Below, one piece after another: positions 1 through 13,400 of a stretch of 64,000 nt of DNA. Each line of letters starts with the position of its first letter. Position 1 is the first letter of the stretch. Position numbers and translations under genes: made by a program. The DNA is from Elsinoe ampelina (Eukaryota). The stretch is from assembly GCA_010093995.1 (NCBI GenBank), contig ML992513.1, positions 803,203 through 867,202 on the forward strand, written 5' to 3'. The notes beneath the pieces were generated by a model. It saw nothing but the letters and a program-made list of their open reading frames with translations. It was not told the DNA's origin and did not search any database.

Positions 1-3000
1 ATACTACTACCTATTATTCTCTAGATTAGTTTTAGCTTAGAGCTAGATATATATTCTTCTCTTCTCTTTCTCTTCTTCTTTTCTCCTTTATAATACTTTC
101 TTTACGTAAGTATCTTACTTAATACTAGCTCTATACTTACGTAGGTCTAATACTATACTAGTAACCTATTTTAGGTGCTATATAGTATAGACTAGGTCTT
201 ACTAGCCTAAGGGCTAGTAGGGGAAGCTTAGCGTATATACTAAGTCTACGCTACTATAGATCTAGCTATTAAGCTTATCTATTTAGTTGTTTATTTACTA
301 ACCTAGTATAGTACCTATATAGTAATTTTTTTTCTCTTTATTATTCTAGCTCTATACTAGCTTATCTCCTATACGCTTATATACTTTAACAACTATAGCC
401 TCTAAAGTTTCTAAGGAGTAAGTATTATATATAGTACTTATACTATACTAGCGCTAACCTTTTATAGACTTTATAAGAGCAATTTTACTAACTAGAACTA
501 GTACTCTATACTATACTTACGCTACGCTATTGCTATTAATAAGCACCTCTAGCTTAAAGATAGTATACTCTCTATTAAGGATCCTCTCTACTAGATTACT
601 AAGGCTAAGGCTACCTACTATAATTGTTATAGTTATAGTAATAAACACTACTACTAGGTATACTCTATATCTACGCTATATCTACTTTATACTAACCTTA
701 GTAGCCTACTAAGCTTAACTCTAAGAATTAAGTTACTACTAAGAAGCTCTAGGATAAATACTTTACTATATATATACTACTCCGTAATAATACTACTACT
801 CTTAAGAAGAACGTTATTCTCTTAAAGTACTAGATTACTACCTATACTAACTATATATATAAGAAGGCTAGTGCTAAATATATATAGAGTAAGTCTAATA
901 CTAAGAGTAAGAGTAAGGTAGTTAATAAGAGTAATAGTAATAGTATAACTTCTTTATACTATAATAGCGCTATTACTATACTTTTCGCCCTTAAAGTCGA
1001 TACTAAGTAGCTAGCAAAGGCGCTACGCCTAGGTATAATTAGTAACACTAGCTTTATACTTAAGGCTTTAGCTAATTATATAAGTCTAGAAGTATACCTC
1101 TATAACGCCTAAGCTATACTAACTTTCTTATAGATAGTTACTAAGAATAAGTAAGCTACTACTATATAGGTAATTAACAACGCTATAAGAGCACTAACTA
1201 GGTATACTAATAGTGTTAAGAAGAATAATAAGAATAAGACTAAGGTAAATAATATAGATAATTAATATAAGGAAGGCTAGAGCGCTATACCTATACTATA
1301 CTCTCTTTACTTTAGTATAATTCTATAGTTTTTACTACGCTAGCGTTCTCCCTACGTAAGCTAATAATACTCTAAGCTAACTTAGTACTATACCTAGGTA
1401 CTTTTTACTTTAAAATTTATACCTTTAACTTATTAATCCTAAGTATATCTAGAGTATTTAGCTAGCGCTATACTTACGCTAAGCTACCTCGTATTTATAT
1501 AGTAATTCCTTAGCATTTATAAGGTTTTTTACTAGCTTCTATATACTTTCTTCTATAGGGTAACTCTACTACTTTACTAGGTAGTATAGCGCCTTTAGGG
1601 TACTAGTATAGCCCTTGCTAAGAATATATTTAATAATATATTCTTCTTACTCTTCTACCTCTAGAGGTAGTAGATATACGCTCTTACTACGCCTATATAG
1701 CTCTAGTAGCGTAATATTAAAGACGTTATAGATTAGCTTTATTTTGTCTAGTAAGTATAGCTTATACGCCTATATACTAATTCGTTATATAATTGTAAAC
1801 GGGCTAATATACTTAGCTAATAGCTTATAGCTAGGTCTAGTACTACGAAGATTCTTAGTGCTAAGTATAACTTTGTTACTATTATAGAAGACTTTTACTT
1901 ATTAATCTCTATTATAGACTAGCGCTTAGTCTTTCTATACTTTATAGAGGTGTTAGGTAAGCTCTATATACATTTTAGTAATAAATTATACTTAGTTATT
2001 AACTAATAGGTTATACGCTAGTATATAGCTAAGTAGCGCTAGCACCTTAATATTATTAAGTAAGTATATCTCTTATATAAATAAGAACTATACTAGCGTA
2101 GTATATAGTAACGCTTAATATATATTATTATACACGAATTACGCCTACTTAACCTAGTATAGCTAGTCTATCTAGTAATAGTTAATAAAGTAGCGTAGGT
2201 ACTACTCTAGCGTCTAGTTTTGTCTTTTAGTTTAGCTATCTATCTATAGATAGAAACTAGTACTAAGCTTATATTACGCCTTCTAGCGCTAGTATAGTAC
2301 ACTCTAGAATTTACTTATAAAGATAAACTCTCTATCTAAGACTAGCGTCTTTAGCATTCTAAACAATGTTATAATATCTATTTTAAATAGATTAGTAAAG
2401 TCTCTAGTATTAAGCTTAGTCGACATTAGTATATAGATACTAAACTTAGATAAGTAATAGATATATATAATAATTGTATCTATAATAACGCTAGGCTAAA
2501 GCTCTACTAGGGGTAAGCTAGTAATAAAATTAAGTAACTAGTGTTATAAGGCCTCGAGTATAGGTAGAATTAGTAAGAGTTATAGAAGGCTATAAGGCTT
2601 ATACTATATTACTTTATGCCTTTAGTAGCTATTATAGCGCTTAATATATACTTTCGTAGCGATAGATATACCTAGCTACTAGTACTTTCTTCTTATATTA
2701 AGGTAGGTCTTTATATAGCTAAAGTAACTCCCTAAGGAGTTATTATAATTATACTATATAAGCTTTACTCTTAAGATAGTTTCTTTTAGAATATATACTC
2801 TATCTCTGTTCCGGAGTAAGCTATTACTAGATAGACTTTACTTAGGAGTAGTACTATTACTAGTTAAGGTTCTCTCTTTTAGAAGTTTCTATTTCTTACT
2901 ATAAGTAAAGGTATCTCTTTACTATACTACGTAGATAAGGTCCTAAAGTAATATAGAAGTAAAAGAGATATATATAGTTTTATCTACTAGTACTTATATA

Positions 3001-6000
3001 GTATAGAGGTATATAATCTACTAACTCTAGTCTAAAATTATAATAGGCTTCTTACTAGAGGTGTCCTAAAGTTATATAGGTATTATACTATCTTTATGCC
3101 CTTAGCTCTCTATTATTTCCTAGGCGAGTAGTAGTACGTTCTAGGATACTAAGGTAGGTATATATTGTCTTAATTTAATATTACTAGTTAAGCTTAGAGA
3201 GAGGTTTATATAAGTGCTCTCTAGGCGCTACTCTTCTTACTCTAGAGGCTCTAACTCTTTTTAGTATAGCTATAGCGCTTCTAAGGTAATAGGTAGACTT
3301 ATAGGCGCTATTCTAGAGGCATATTAGAATTATATAAGTGTATTATATTAGAGAGTAGTTTAAGGCATATAAGCTATACTAGCTTTATTACTGTCTTTCT
3401 AAGCTCTACTAGCCTTAGGTTTCTTATCTATAATAGATATAGGTATAACTTCTTTACTTTATATTTATAATACTTACTCTAAGAGAGAGACTAATATATA
3501 GCACTCTTCCTATATATCTTCTTTATACTTATAGTAGTTAGGCCTACGTAATAGACTATTAGCCGGGTTAGTCTTTCTATTATAGTACTAAATAACAATA
3601 TTAAACTACGCTAGTACCTTAGCGTAGTAGGCCTAGCGCTATAAAAGCTTCTTAGTAGTTAGGAAATACCTAAGATTATTATAGTTAGAGAGAACTTTAA
3701 TCGAGGTAGTAGCGCTAAGTAGGTACTAGCGCTAGTACTACGCCGCTTCTATAATAGTAAGAAGCTCTTTATTATAGGTAGTATAGTTTAGTTCTATACC
3801 TTATAGCTTCTAGGACTAGAACGCTATAGAGTACTAGTATCGCGTAGGAATATTACTTTTATTTTACTAAGAGATTACTCTAGAAAGTATAAAATCTAAA
3901 GTGTTAGTTTTAAGCTAGAGAGGCTTACCTAATAAAAAGTAGCGTAGTATAGGCACTTACGTAAAGGTAGCTTTAAGCCTATTAAAGGCCTATACTACGT
4001 TATTACTCTATAGAAATAGGCCTACTTACTTCCCTTAGACTAACTCTTACGTAAGTATAGTTAGTAGTAGTACTATATAAGAGAAGCTCTTAATAAATTA
4101 ATAGTAGAAATTAGCAAATCTAAGAAAGGTTTATAACTCCTTAAGGCTAGTAGAGGTAGGCTAGTTAGTAACAGCTTACACTTAGGGCTACTCTATTATA
4201 ATGCTATTACTACTAATAATATAGCTTAGAAATACTACTTATATTACTTTAAAGATATACTTCTTTAGTTTTATATAGAGGCTATTCTTACGTAGGTAGT
4301 CTAGTATACTTCTAATAGCCTAGTAATACTCTTACTTATCGCCGGCATAGATTAGAATATCGTCTAGGTATATAATATAGTAGTAGTCTACTAAGCTACT
4401 TAAGTACTAATATATATAAGCCTAGAACGTAGCTAGAGCATTAGTAAGGCTAAAAGATATAATAGTATATTCAAAGTAGCTATAGTAATAGCAGAACACT
4501 ATCTTCTATTTATTACTATACTAGATATATACCTTATAGTAGGCATCTATAAGGTCTAGCTTACTAAATAAGTATACGCTCTCGATATAATTAAGTATCT
4601 TAGTAATTAGAGGTAAGAGATAATAGTTCTTAATAGTAATATTATTTAGCCTATAATAGTTAATATATAGGCATAGCGAACTATTCTTCTTAGAAACAAA
4701 TAGAATAGAAGACTCTATAGAGCTAGTACTATACTAGAGTTAACCTATTACTAAGCTATTATCTATATACTCTCGAAGTACCTAAAGCTCCTTCTTACTA
4801 AGGGAGTAGATAGGTCCCTAGAGTAGCTATTTCCCCTCTTTAATATTAATAGAGTAAATAAAATTATTACCTAGTAGTACTATTACTATACTCTTATTAA
4901 AAACATCTACGTAGTTATTAAGCTAGTATAGTAGAGTCGAGGCGCTAGGTTTATTCTAGCATATATATACTAGGTAGAGCTAGGTATTAGGCTAATTTAG
5001 CTCCTAAGAGAAGAAGAGTATATCTAGAATTAATACCTATATAGCGCTAGTATAATGCCTCTATATACTAGCGCTCTACTAAATCTTAGAGTTATAGAAT
5101 AATAGCTATAGTAGGCCTAATATAAGATTATAACTAGTTATATTAACGCTTTTAAACTACTAGTGTAATACCTATATTGTTTCTTTACTATTCTTAATAG
5201 TAAAGACTAACTTAGTATATCTATAGGTAGTTAATTTATATTTGTCTAAGCTATACACTTAGTATACTACTAGGGAGTTAATAGCAATATAATAGCGTAT
5301 AGTAAAATACTAGCTAATAAAGTTACTATTAGCGCTACTATCTATTAGAGCTACCTCTTTAATAGGGCCTTTAGGTAGGTTAACTATAATATTAGTATAA
5401 ATTTAGTATATATTCTATATCGCGCTAGAGCTACTTAGAATTAGTAAATATAAGGACACTATCTATTTTAAAGAGTCCTTCTAGAGGTAGTTTAGCGCCT
5501 AATAGTCTAGGCTCTTATAGATATTATAAGAGTAAGTAGCGCTAGGTTAAGGAGCTATAGGAGTAGCGTTAGCGCTACTCTACTAGTCCTTTTAGCCCTT
5601 ATAGTCTTTATTATAGTAAGGCCTTTTAGTAAAAGTATTAGTCTTCTCTCTAGTGTTATACTTATACTACCCCTATATAGAGTCGAAGTAGCCTAGTAGG
5701 TTCTACTCTAAATAGGATAGATATACTAGAAGTTCTACCTTAATTAGAGATAGGTTCTCTTAATAGAGTACTTCCGAGTATAGCTCTAGCATAGTATAGG
5801 TAATAAGCTATATATAGTAGATATTGTCCGGGAGTAGTACTATCTTAATATAGAACTTATAACTATTAAGAAATATATAGAAATTAGTAATTAACTATTC
5901 TCTATACTAGCGTAATATAAAGAACTTTACTACGTAGCTATTACTATAGTTTTTAAAACTCTAGGCTTAGTTCTAAAGCTAGAACTATATTAGGCTCTAT

Positions 6001-6800
6001 AAGAGTATAACGCTAGTACTCTTAGTATATAAGTTCTAATTATAGCTAAGCTAACCTTTTAAGTAGCTAGTAGCTATATAGTACTAAGTAACTTCTTTAA
6101 AGTAGATATTTAGTACTATCTTAAAGACGTTATTATATATATATATAAATTTCTTAACTCTTACTATAATAGTAAACTCTAAGGCCTCGGGGTAGTATAA
6201 GTTTAGTATATACTCTCTTACAATTTGTAGGTTTATTAGGTAGATATTATTAAGTTATATATTATCGAAACAACTATATAGCACTAGTACTACAACTAGA
6301 AAGTAACTACTAAGTATATTCTTAAGCTAAGTAATATAAGTAAGAAGTGCTTTATATATAGTATTATTTTCTATATCGACTATACTTCCTATAGGAGCTA
6401 TATTAGCGTAGTATAGTCTTAGCGCTAGCTCTTCCCTAGCCTAGCGATCTTTAATAGAAGTTGTCTCTAGAGTTATAGCTAATTTAGTAAATGTCTTACT
6501 AATAGCTAAGCTATTAGAGAGTTATCTATACTAGTGCTACTCTAGTAGTAGTTAGTTATTTCGCTAGCGCTAAGTATAGAGTGCTATCTTATCTATATAG
6601 CTCTATCTAATAGAATATAAGAGAGATTAGAATTATAACAAAGATAGAATATTAGAGCTAGAAAGACAAGTATATAGGAGTAGAATAGGTATTATACTAG
6701 TATACTCTTAATTATTATAAGACTAATCTCTACTCTATCTATTCTATAGGCGAGAAGTGTTTTATTCTTCTATAGAGAATAGTATCTCTAGGGTAAGCTA
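1..6800 (-). mobile_element. Ty3/Gypsy chromovirus relic (element G1), 3' LTR outside window, ends approximate
   Basis: De-RIPped minus-strand motifs in Gypsy order: protease VALIDSGA (~5331-5354); RT YGHFEY..MPFGLTNAPATFQ and YLDDILIY (~4345-4500); integrase TSFHPQTDGQTERQNQTLE (~2205-2260); chromodomain YYLVKW.GYP.EESTWEP.ENL (~1515-1600). Confidence 0.88.
400..1266 (+). pseudogene. RIP-destroyed Cys-rich, acidic-tailed ORF antisense to G1 pol, probably spliced
   Basis: GTAAGT...GCTAAC...TAG intron-like segment at 418-467. TAY codons at CxxC-like spacing (~505-520, ~665-680, ~840-880). Frame 762-1266 reads as helical, then D/E-rich after G->A reversal. Confidence 0.4.
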
Positions 6801-6849
6801 GTATAGTATACTTACTATATTAGTCCTTATATTATAAGCTTAAAAAGTA

Positions 6850-9800
6850 TAGTATTAAAATTTATAGTATAATTAATAAATTCTTATACTATATTATTTA
6901 GACTTATATAAATATTAGAGGTAGATTATATTAATACTAGTAAGTATATATAATAATTAACTTATAGTAGTATAAGGATAGCTCTTAATTAGTAATATAA
7001 ATAATACTTAAGAAAGCTCTCTTCCTTAGGTAGTATATAGTAAGATTAGAGCCTATATATATAGGCTATTTAAAGCTAGCTAGACTCTAGATTCTTATAC
7101 CTAATTAGAAGCTTATACTTTATCTCTAAAAATCTCTATAATAATAAACTTCTTAGTATAGAAAGTAGTATTAATTATAAAGTAGTATACTACTATTACT
7201 ATAGTCTATAGCTAGATACTCCTTAAGATCTATATAGATAGAGAGAATAAGACTATAATAGTCTCTTAAGCTTATCTCGACACTTAGTATTTACTTAGTA
7301 GTATCTATTTAGATATAGATAAGACCTTCTTATTTAGTATAAGTAAGTAGAATTAGCATATTAAATCTTAGTAGACCTAACTTATAAAGAGTACTATAAA
7401 CTACTAGTAAAGATAGTTTACTAAGCTAAAGAAGTTAAAGTACTAGAAGTATAATTTTATTACTTACTAAGTTACTCTTATAGCTATCTATATATCTATT
7501 CTCTATAAGGAGGTATAGTAATTCGTATAGTAGTAGAACTATTACTATATCTAGAAGTAGCTAAGATAACTATATATAATTATAAAGGTACTAAGGCTAC
7601 TATATTACTATTTAGAGGTAGTTAGTATATAGAACTATACTATTACTATACTACCTAACTAGTTTAATAATTTAGACTAGTATACTAGTAAATTTAGTAA
7701 GGTATAACTCCTAGTAGTTACTAGTAGCTAATTAAGTAATAGATTATAAGGAATATTTACTCTTTAATATACTTAATCTCTATATATTAGTTCTCTCTAA
7801 TACTAGTCTCTAGTCTTATAATAGCTAAGTAATTAATGCTAGAGATATTAGACTCTACTAAAGAGCTTATTTTATACTCTATAATATACTAAGTAAGTAT
7901 AATTAATAGTAGTACTATTCTCTACTATTAGAGTACTAAAAACTAAATAATTCTTAAGGTTATTAATTATATATAGAAGTTACTAAGCAAATTATAAATG
8001 CTAAGTAAATACACTATAAATATCTAACTTTTATATATTAAATTTCTCTCTTTAATATACTAGGGCTTTTCTATTATATTTTCTCTATAGTTTTTACTTA
8101 TTACTACTATGTTATTTATTTATTTCTACTAGCAAGATACTACTATCTTCTTGAGTACCTTTTTATAAATATAAAGGTTCTAATTACGTAGTTAAATATA
8201 GATATCTTACTAAGTGTTCTATTTACTATAAGACTAATCTAAACTATTAATAAGTAAGTATAGTATTAATACTAGAAGAGCCTAAGTACTAACCTATATA
8301 GGCTAGTCTGTCTCGTAGTCTAGCTTATAATTTAGCTTATAATCTAACTTATAATCTAGCTTATAATCTAGCTTATAATCTAGCTTATACTCTATCTTAG
8401 ACTAATATAGGCTAACTAGTAACTATAGTAGTAAATATAAAGTAATCTATAGTACTAGTGTTAACTATATATAGTAGTCTCTTAACTAAAGCTAATATAG
8501 TAAGGTATACTAGTTACTAGAAGAGTAAAAAGGCTAAAGGCCTAGTAGTATAACTACTATATATAGGATCTCTACTAGTCTCTTAGTATTTATATAAGGA
8601 TTTACTAAGTAATTTACCTAATAAAGATTCTTCTAAGAGAGTAAAGTCTAAGAAAGAGTAAAGGATTAAACTTTACCTCTATAGCCTAGTAATTAAGATA
8701 GAGTATAAGCTTAAGTATAGTATACCTTATAAGAAGATTGTCTTATAGCTAGAGCTAGCTAAGTAGACGAACTAGATTATACTTTCTAAGTTTAATACTA
8801 AATTACTAGAGAGTAACTATTAAAGAATATTCTTCTTATTAAATTTAGTATATAGCTACTACTCTAATTCTACTATCTACGATCTAGAGATAGTAATATC
8901 TTGCTTTATAAAGTGCTATTTTATATTAATAGAGAATAACGAGGCTATACCTATTACTAATAATGTCTTTTAGTAGCTAACTATTTAAAAAATACTTACT
9001 AGTCTACTACGTAAGCTAAAGTTAAAGCGTACTACTATTAAGTATCTCCTTTATATTATAATTAAGTAAGCTAAAGATAATAAGTTAAAAGAATAGTAAA
9101 AGTATATAGAGTACCTATAGAGAGAGCTAGAATCTCTAAGTTATACTATAAACACTAATATATATATAATAACATCTCTAGCTATAAATACTAAAGCGAA
9201 TATTAGAGCTAATTTACTATATAAAAATCTCTTTATAGAAGATATTAACTTCTTGTTTTTAAATTCTTCTAATAATCTTAATATTAAGCTAGAGCTCTTA
9301 TTAGTTAATAATAAGATTAAGGCCTTAATTAAGAAGTATATATAGTAAGTTTTAGTAGCTAGAGTAAAGAAAAAGAAGAAGTAGTCTAGCTAGCTAGTTA
9401 ATAGTAAGAAGACTATTAACCTAATAGAGTCTTTATTAGCTATATCTACTACTACTATACTAGCTCTACTACTAGAGACTCTATACTTTAAGCTTTATAC
9501 TAGAAGTCTTCTTTTAAGTATACTAACTAGTATAGTTAGTAGTATTAAGTTATTAACTATATAGAATAATCTCTTTAATCTAGATAGTACTACTAAGCCT
9601 CTACTACTATCTAAACTCCCTTAGTAGCTATAGTATATAGTACTAAGTAAGAAGACTCTTAGTAGACTTATAAACTTACTATATAGCTTTCTCTTTAAAG
9701 CTAAGTTATTTATAGAAGTAGAATAAAGAATTAAAACTAAAGTAACTTCTATCTTTAAGAAGTATTAAGTATAGTATAAGTAAGTTAATAAGCCTAAGTA

Positions 9801-9999
9801 ATTATATTAATATTAAATATATAAGTAAATATAAAGTAATTACTTAGTTAAGACTAGTAAGTACTAAAAGACTATAATTAATCCTATAGACTATACTCTC
9901 TATAGTTATACTAGCTATAAGACTAAAAGGCCTTATAAGTCTATATAGAGATATAGGCGTTTATTAGTAGTATACTAGTTTATAGTATAAGTTAGATAG
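6850..9999 (+). pseudogene. Unidentified RIP-degraded coding-like sequence (left half of the target that received element X)
   Basis: Codon-like texture with no RT/integrase motifs recognised. The TAGTATAAGYTAGA unit at ~9983-9999 recurs at ~44880-44908, linking both flanks of X. Confidence 0.35.
8331..8390. repeat. 12-bp tandem repeat (TAGCTTATAATC, about 5 copies)
   Basis: Directly visible; copies differ mostly by transitions. Confidence 0.85.
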
Positions 10000-10195
10000 T
10001 ATTATAAGCTAAGACATAGATTACTTAACCTATAGCTATTATTATAAAGAAATATTAAGATATATAGATAGTATTATAGATAACTAATATAGTAATAGAC
10101 ATATATAACGTAATAGACTAGTAGCTTTAATATAATAATAGTAATAAGGCTAGAGTATACCTACTCGATACTAGGAAGTAACCTATACTATAAGA
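10000..10195 (+). repeat. 5' LTR of element X
   Basis: Direct repeat of 44672-44867; starts TATTATA (RIPped TGT..). Confidence 0.88.
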
Positions 10196-10480
10196 TTAAT
10201 AATCTTATCTAGGGAATATCTAATTTATAGTTAAGGTTCTATTAAGTATTACTTATATTTAGTTATATATATTAAAGGCTATTCTAGCTTCTATAGAGGT
10301 TTAGAAATATAGAGTTATATATAGTATATATATTTATAGTCTATAGCTGTTTTTATAGTATAATATTATATTTACCTAGAATTAATAACCTACTAGTATT
10401 AAGAATAATACTATTTTTAGTATACTACTACGTATTAGAACACTTAAAAGAATTTACTAGGAATACTTAAAAGAATTTAT

Positions 10481-13400
10481 TAATTATAGCTAGTAAGATA
10501 AAGAGGTTAATTATATCTATTTATTAAAATATTAAGACTTAGAAGAAGAAGAAGAAAACTAGTATATAAGACATATATAATATTAAGAGCGAAGTAGCTA
10601 GAAGCCTAAGCTATAATACTAAGATTATATAACTAATCTAAACTAAATTCTAACTAAATCTAGTTCGTATCTATCTTATATTACTACTTCTTCTCTTAAG
10701 TGTATTTACTCTTAAATACTATTATATATTATTTATTAATCTATCTTAGTCTTAGCTTATCTATATAATAGTCTAGATAGTTATATAGTACATTAGCTAC
10801 TTCTTTAAGATTATTAATTAGCTACTAGATAAGATTCTCTAGATAGCTCTTTTAGCTTATATAAGTAACTAGCTTTCTATATAGTATATATGTATTAATT
10901 ATATTATCTACCTTATACTTCTCTTTACTATTAATCTCTATTAGTAGTAGTACTTATTAGCCTATTCTACTATTCGTAACTAGGCGATAGTAAGGTTAGC
11001 CTTAGTAATAGCTAATACTTTCTCTAGTTACTTAGTAAAAGTACAAATTTTAGCTTTATTAAGCTTAGCTTTTATTAATAGTACGTCTAAAGAGAGCTAG
11101 AAGCTTATCCTTAGCTTATATTCTTTACTAACTTTAAATAGTAATAGTTTAGTACTTTCTAAGAGGTTAGTATTAATAGAGAATTTAGTAACTAGTAAGA
11201 CTAGAGTCTAGTTACTAAAATGTATTATATATAACTAAATAACTTATTTAAACTCTTAGTTTATAACTTCTAATTAGCTATCTATTTAATAGTAGCTAGT
11301 AGTAGATAGCTTAGCTATAATCTTTAGAATCTAGTAGAGCCTCTTCTATACGTTACTAATAAACTAAGAGCTATAGTTAGAAGTAATACTATCTAGTAAG
11401 CTATATAGTTTCTATACGTAGAAGAATAGTAGCTTAGCTATCTTAAATATAGAAGTTTCTTCTTCTCTAGAGAAGTAAGAGATTAAGTATTATTTCTTAG
11501 TTAAGTAATTAATAATATATAGTACTACGTTATAGTTATCTACTAAAGGTAGACTAGTAACGAAGTCTATAGTAATATATTACTAAGGCCTTACTAGAAT
11601 AGGTAAAAGTAATAGAAGACTAGCTAGTAAACTATAGTAAGCTTTTAAGTACTTATAATTATAGTAATTAGTAACGAATCTCTTAATATTACTATTATAC
11701 CTAGGGATATAGAAAGTAAACTTAATTATAGTAGCTATCTTAGTAACTTCTATATATATATAATTCTTTAATATATAAACTTCTTAGATAATCTTTATAG
11801 CTATAGAGAAAGGTATAATTAGTTAGCTATTAGCCTATAGTATTCTCTTTTTAATTGTAATATTAGTTAATAGTAGCTATTTCCTCTTTAGAAAGGCTTC
11901 TATTATATAGTAGATACTATAAACTAACTTAAAGTTAGAGTCTTATAAGTTAGCTCTAGCTACTTTATTAAATAGTAGTAAAGATAGCTCTTCTAAGACT
12001 AAGATAGGTACTATATAGATATCTAGCTTATAAGCTAAAATAGGCGTTAAAATAGATAGTAAAATAGGAGGTAAAATAGGTAACGAACTAGTTTATAAAC
12101 TAGATACTAAACTAGATCTTAGTTTAGCTTAGATTAGTAATCTAGTTTAGATACGACCTAGATTTAGTTTGTTAATAATACGCTAATCTAGTACCTTATA
12201 TAGTAATAGTGTTTAGTATAGATTAGAGTCTTTCTTTAAGTATAGTATATCTCTATTTCTCCTTATAAGTATATTAGCCTTACTATTAGTAGCACTAGGC
12301 CTATATATAATCTTAAAGTTAAACTATATAAGGTAGAGAGCCTAGTATACTTATTAGTATAATAGCTTCTAAGTCTTTATAAAGTATATTAAGGATTAGT
12401 AGTTAGTAAGGACGTAAATAGCCTTATTAAATTAAGTACTTATAAGCTTAAAGGCCTATTTCTTAAAGACTTAGATAATTACTAATAGCTTCTTATTATA
12501 GATAGTATAGTTACGTTTAGCTTTACTTATAGATTTACTAAAGAAGATAATAGGCTAGAGAATATTAGATTTATTATATTATAATAGAATTCTAGTAGTA
12601 GTAGTATTAGAGGTATTAGTCTTAAGAATTATCTACTTTAACTAGTTAAAATATATAAGAATTAGTATACTTATAATAGTATACTTTATATAATTAAACG
12701 TAGTAGTATACTTATCGTTCTATAGTATAGTATTCTTCTTAAGTAAATTATTTAGTAGTTTAGTAATAGTACTAAATCTCTTAATAAAGTAACAATAATA
12801 GCTATAGAAACTAATAAAGCTCCTTACCTAAGTAGTATTACTAGAGGCTAGCTACTTCTAGGCTTATATAGCTTCTATCTTCTTTAGATCTATTTTAACT
12901 CTATCTTAGCTAATAATAATACTAAGGTACTTTACCTCTATTAGGTAGAATTTACTCTTCTTAATATTAGTATTTAGGCCTAATTTATAGAGCCTCTAAA
13001 GTACTAGCTTAATATACTTAGTATACTTCTAGTAAGAGCTATTACTATAAATAAGAATATTATCGAGGTAGATTAATACGAAGTACTTTAGTATATTAAT
13101 AAAGTTATTAAGAATATAGCTCTCTCTAGATAATTAGGCTATAAAGTTATATAACCTTAAGTTATATAATGCTAAGGCTTAGAGATTTATAGCTGTTCTT
13201 TCTTCTAGTAGATAGACTCCTTAATTAATTAACTTATCTATTACCTAATTAGTGTGTAATTAGTTCTATATAATATTCTACCTCTAAATATGTCTTCTAC
13301 TTAATAGGTTATAAGCCTAGAGCTATAGTATAAGTATAGGATTATATATATCGTAGTTAAGTATCTACGTTATTAAAATTAGGCCGGATTCTATTAGTAT

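Noticed and set aside
530..712. 60-aa ORF in the track
   Set aside because: I/L/T/Y/V-rich composition is what RIP produces; not a functional CDS, at most part of the destroyed antisense gene.
6710..6850. Candidate 5' LTR of G1
   Set aside because: No partner LTR inside the window, so the boundaries cannot be supported.
7709..7765. Possible Ulp1/SENP protease motif (SQQ...DCG) after de-RIP
   Set aside because: No upstream catalytic HW in that frame, and another frame looks more protein-like; probably chance.
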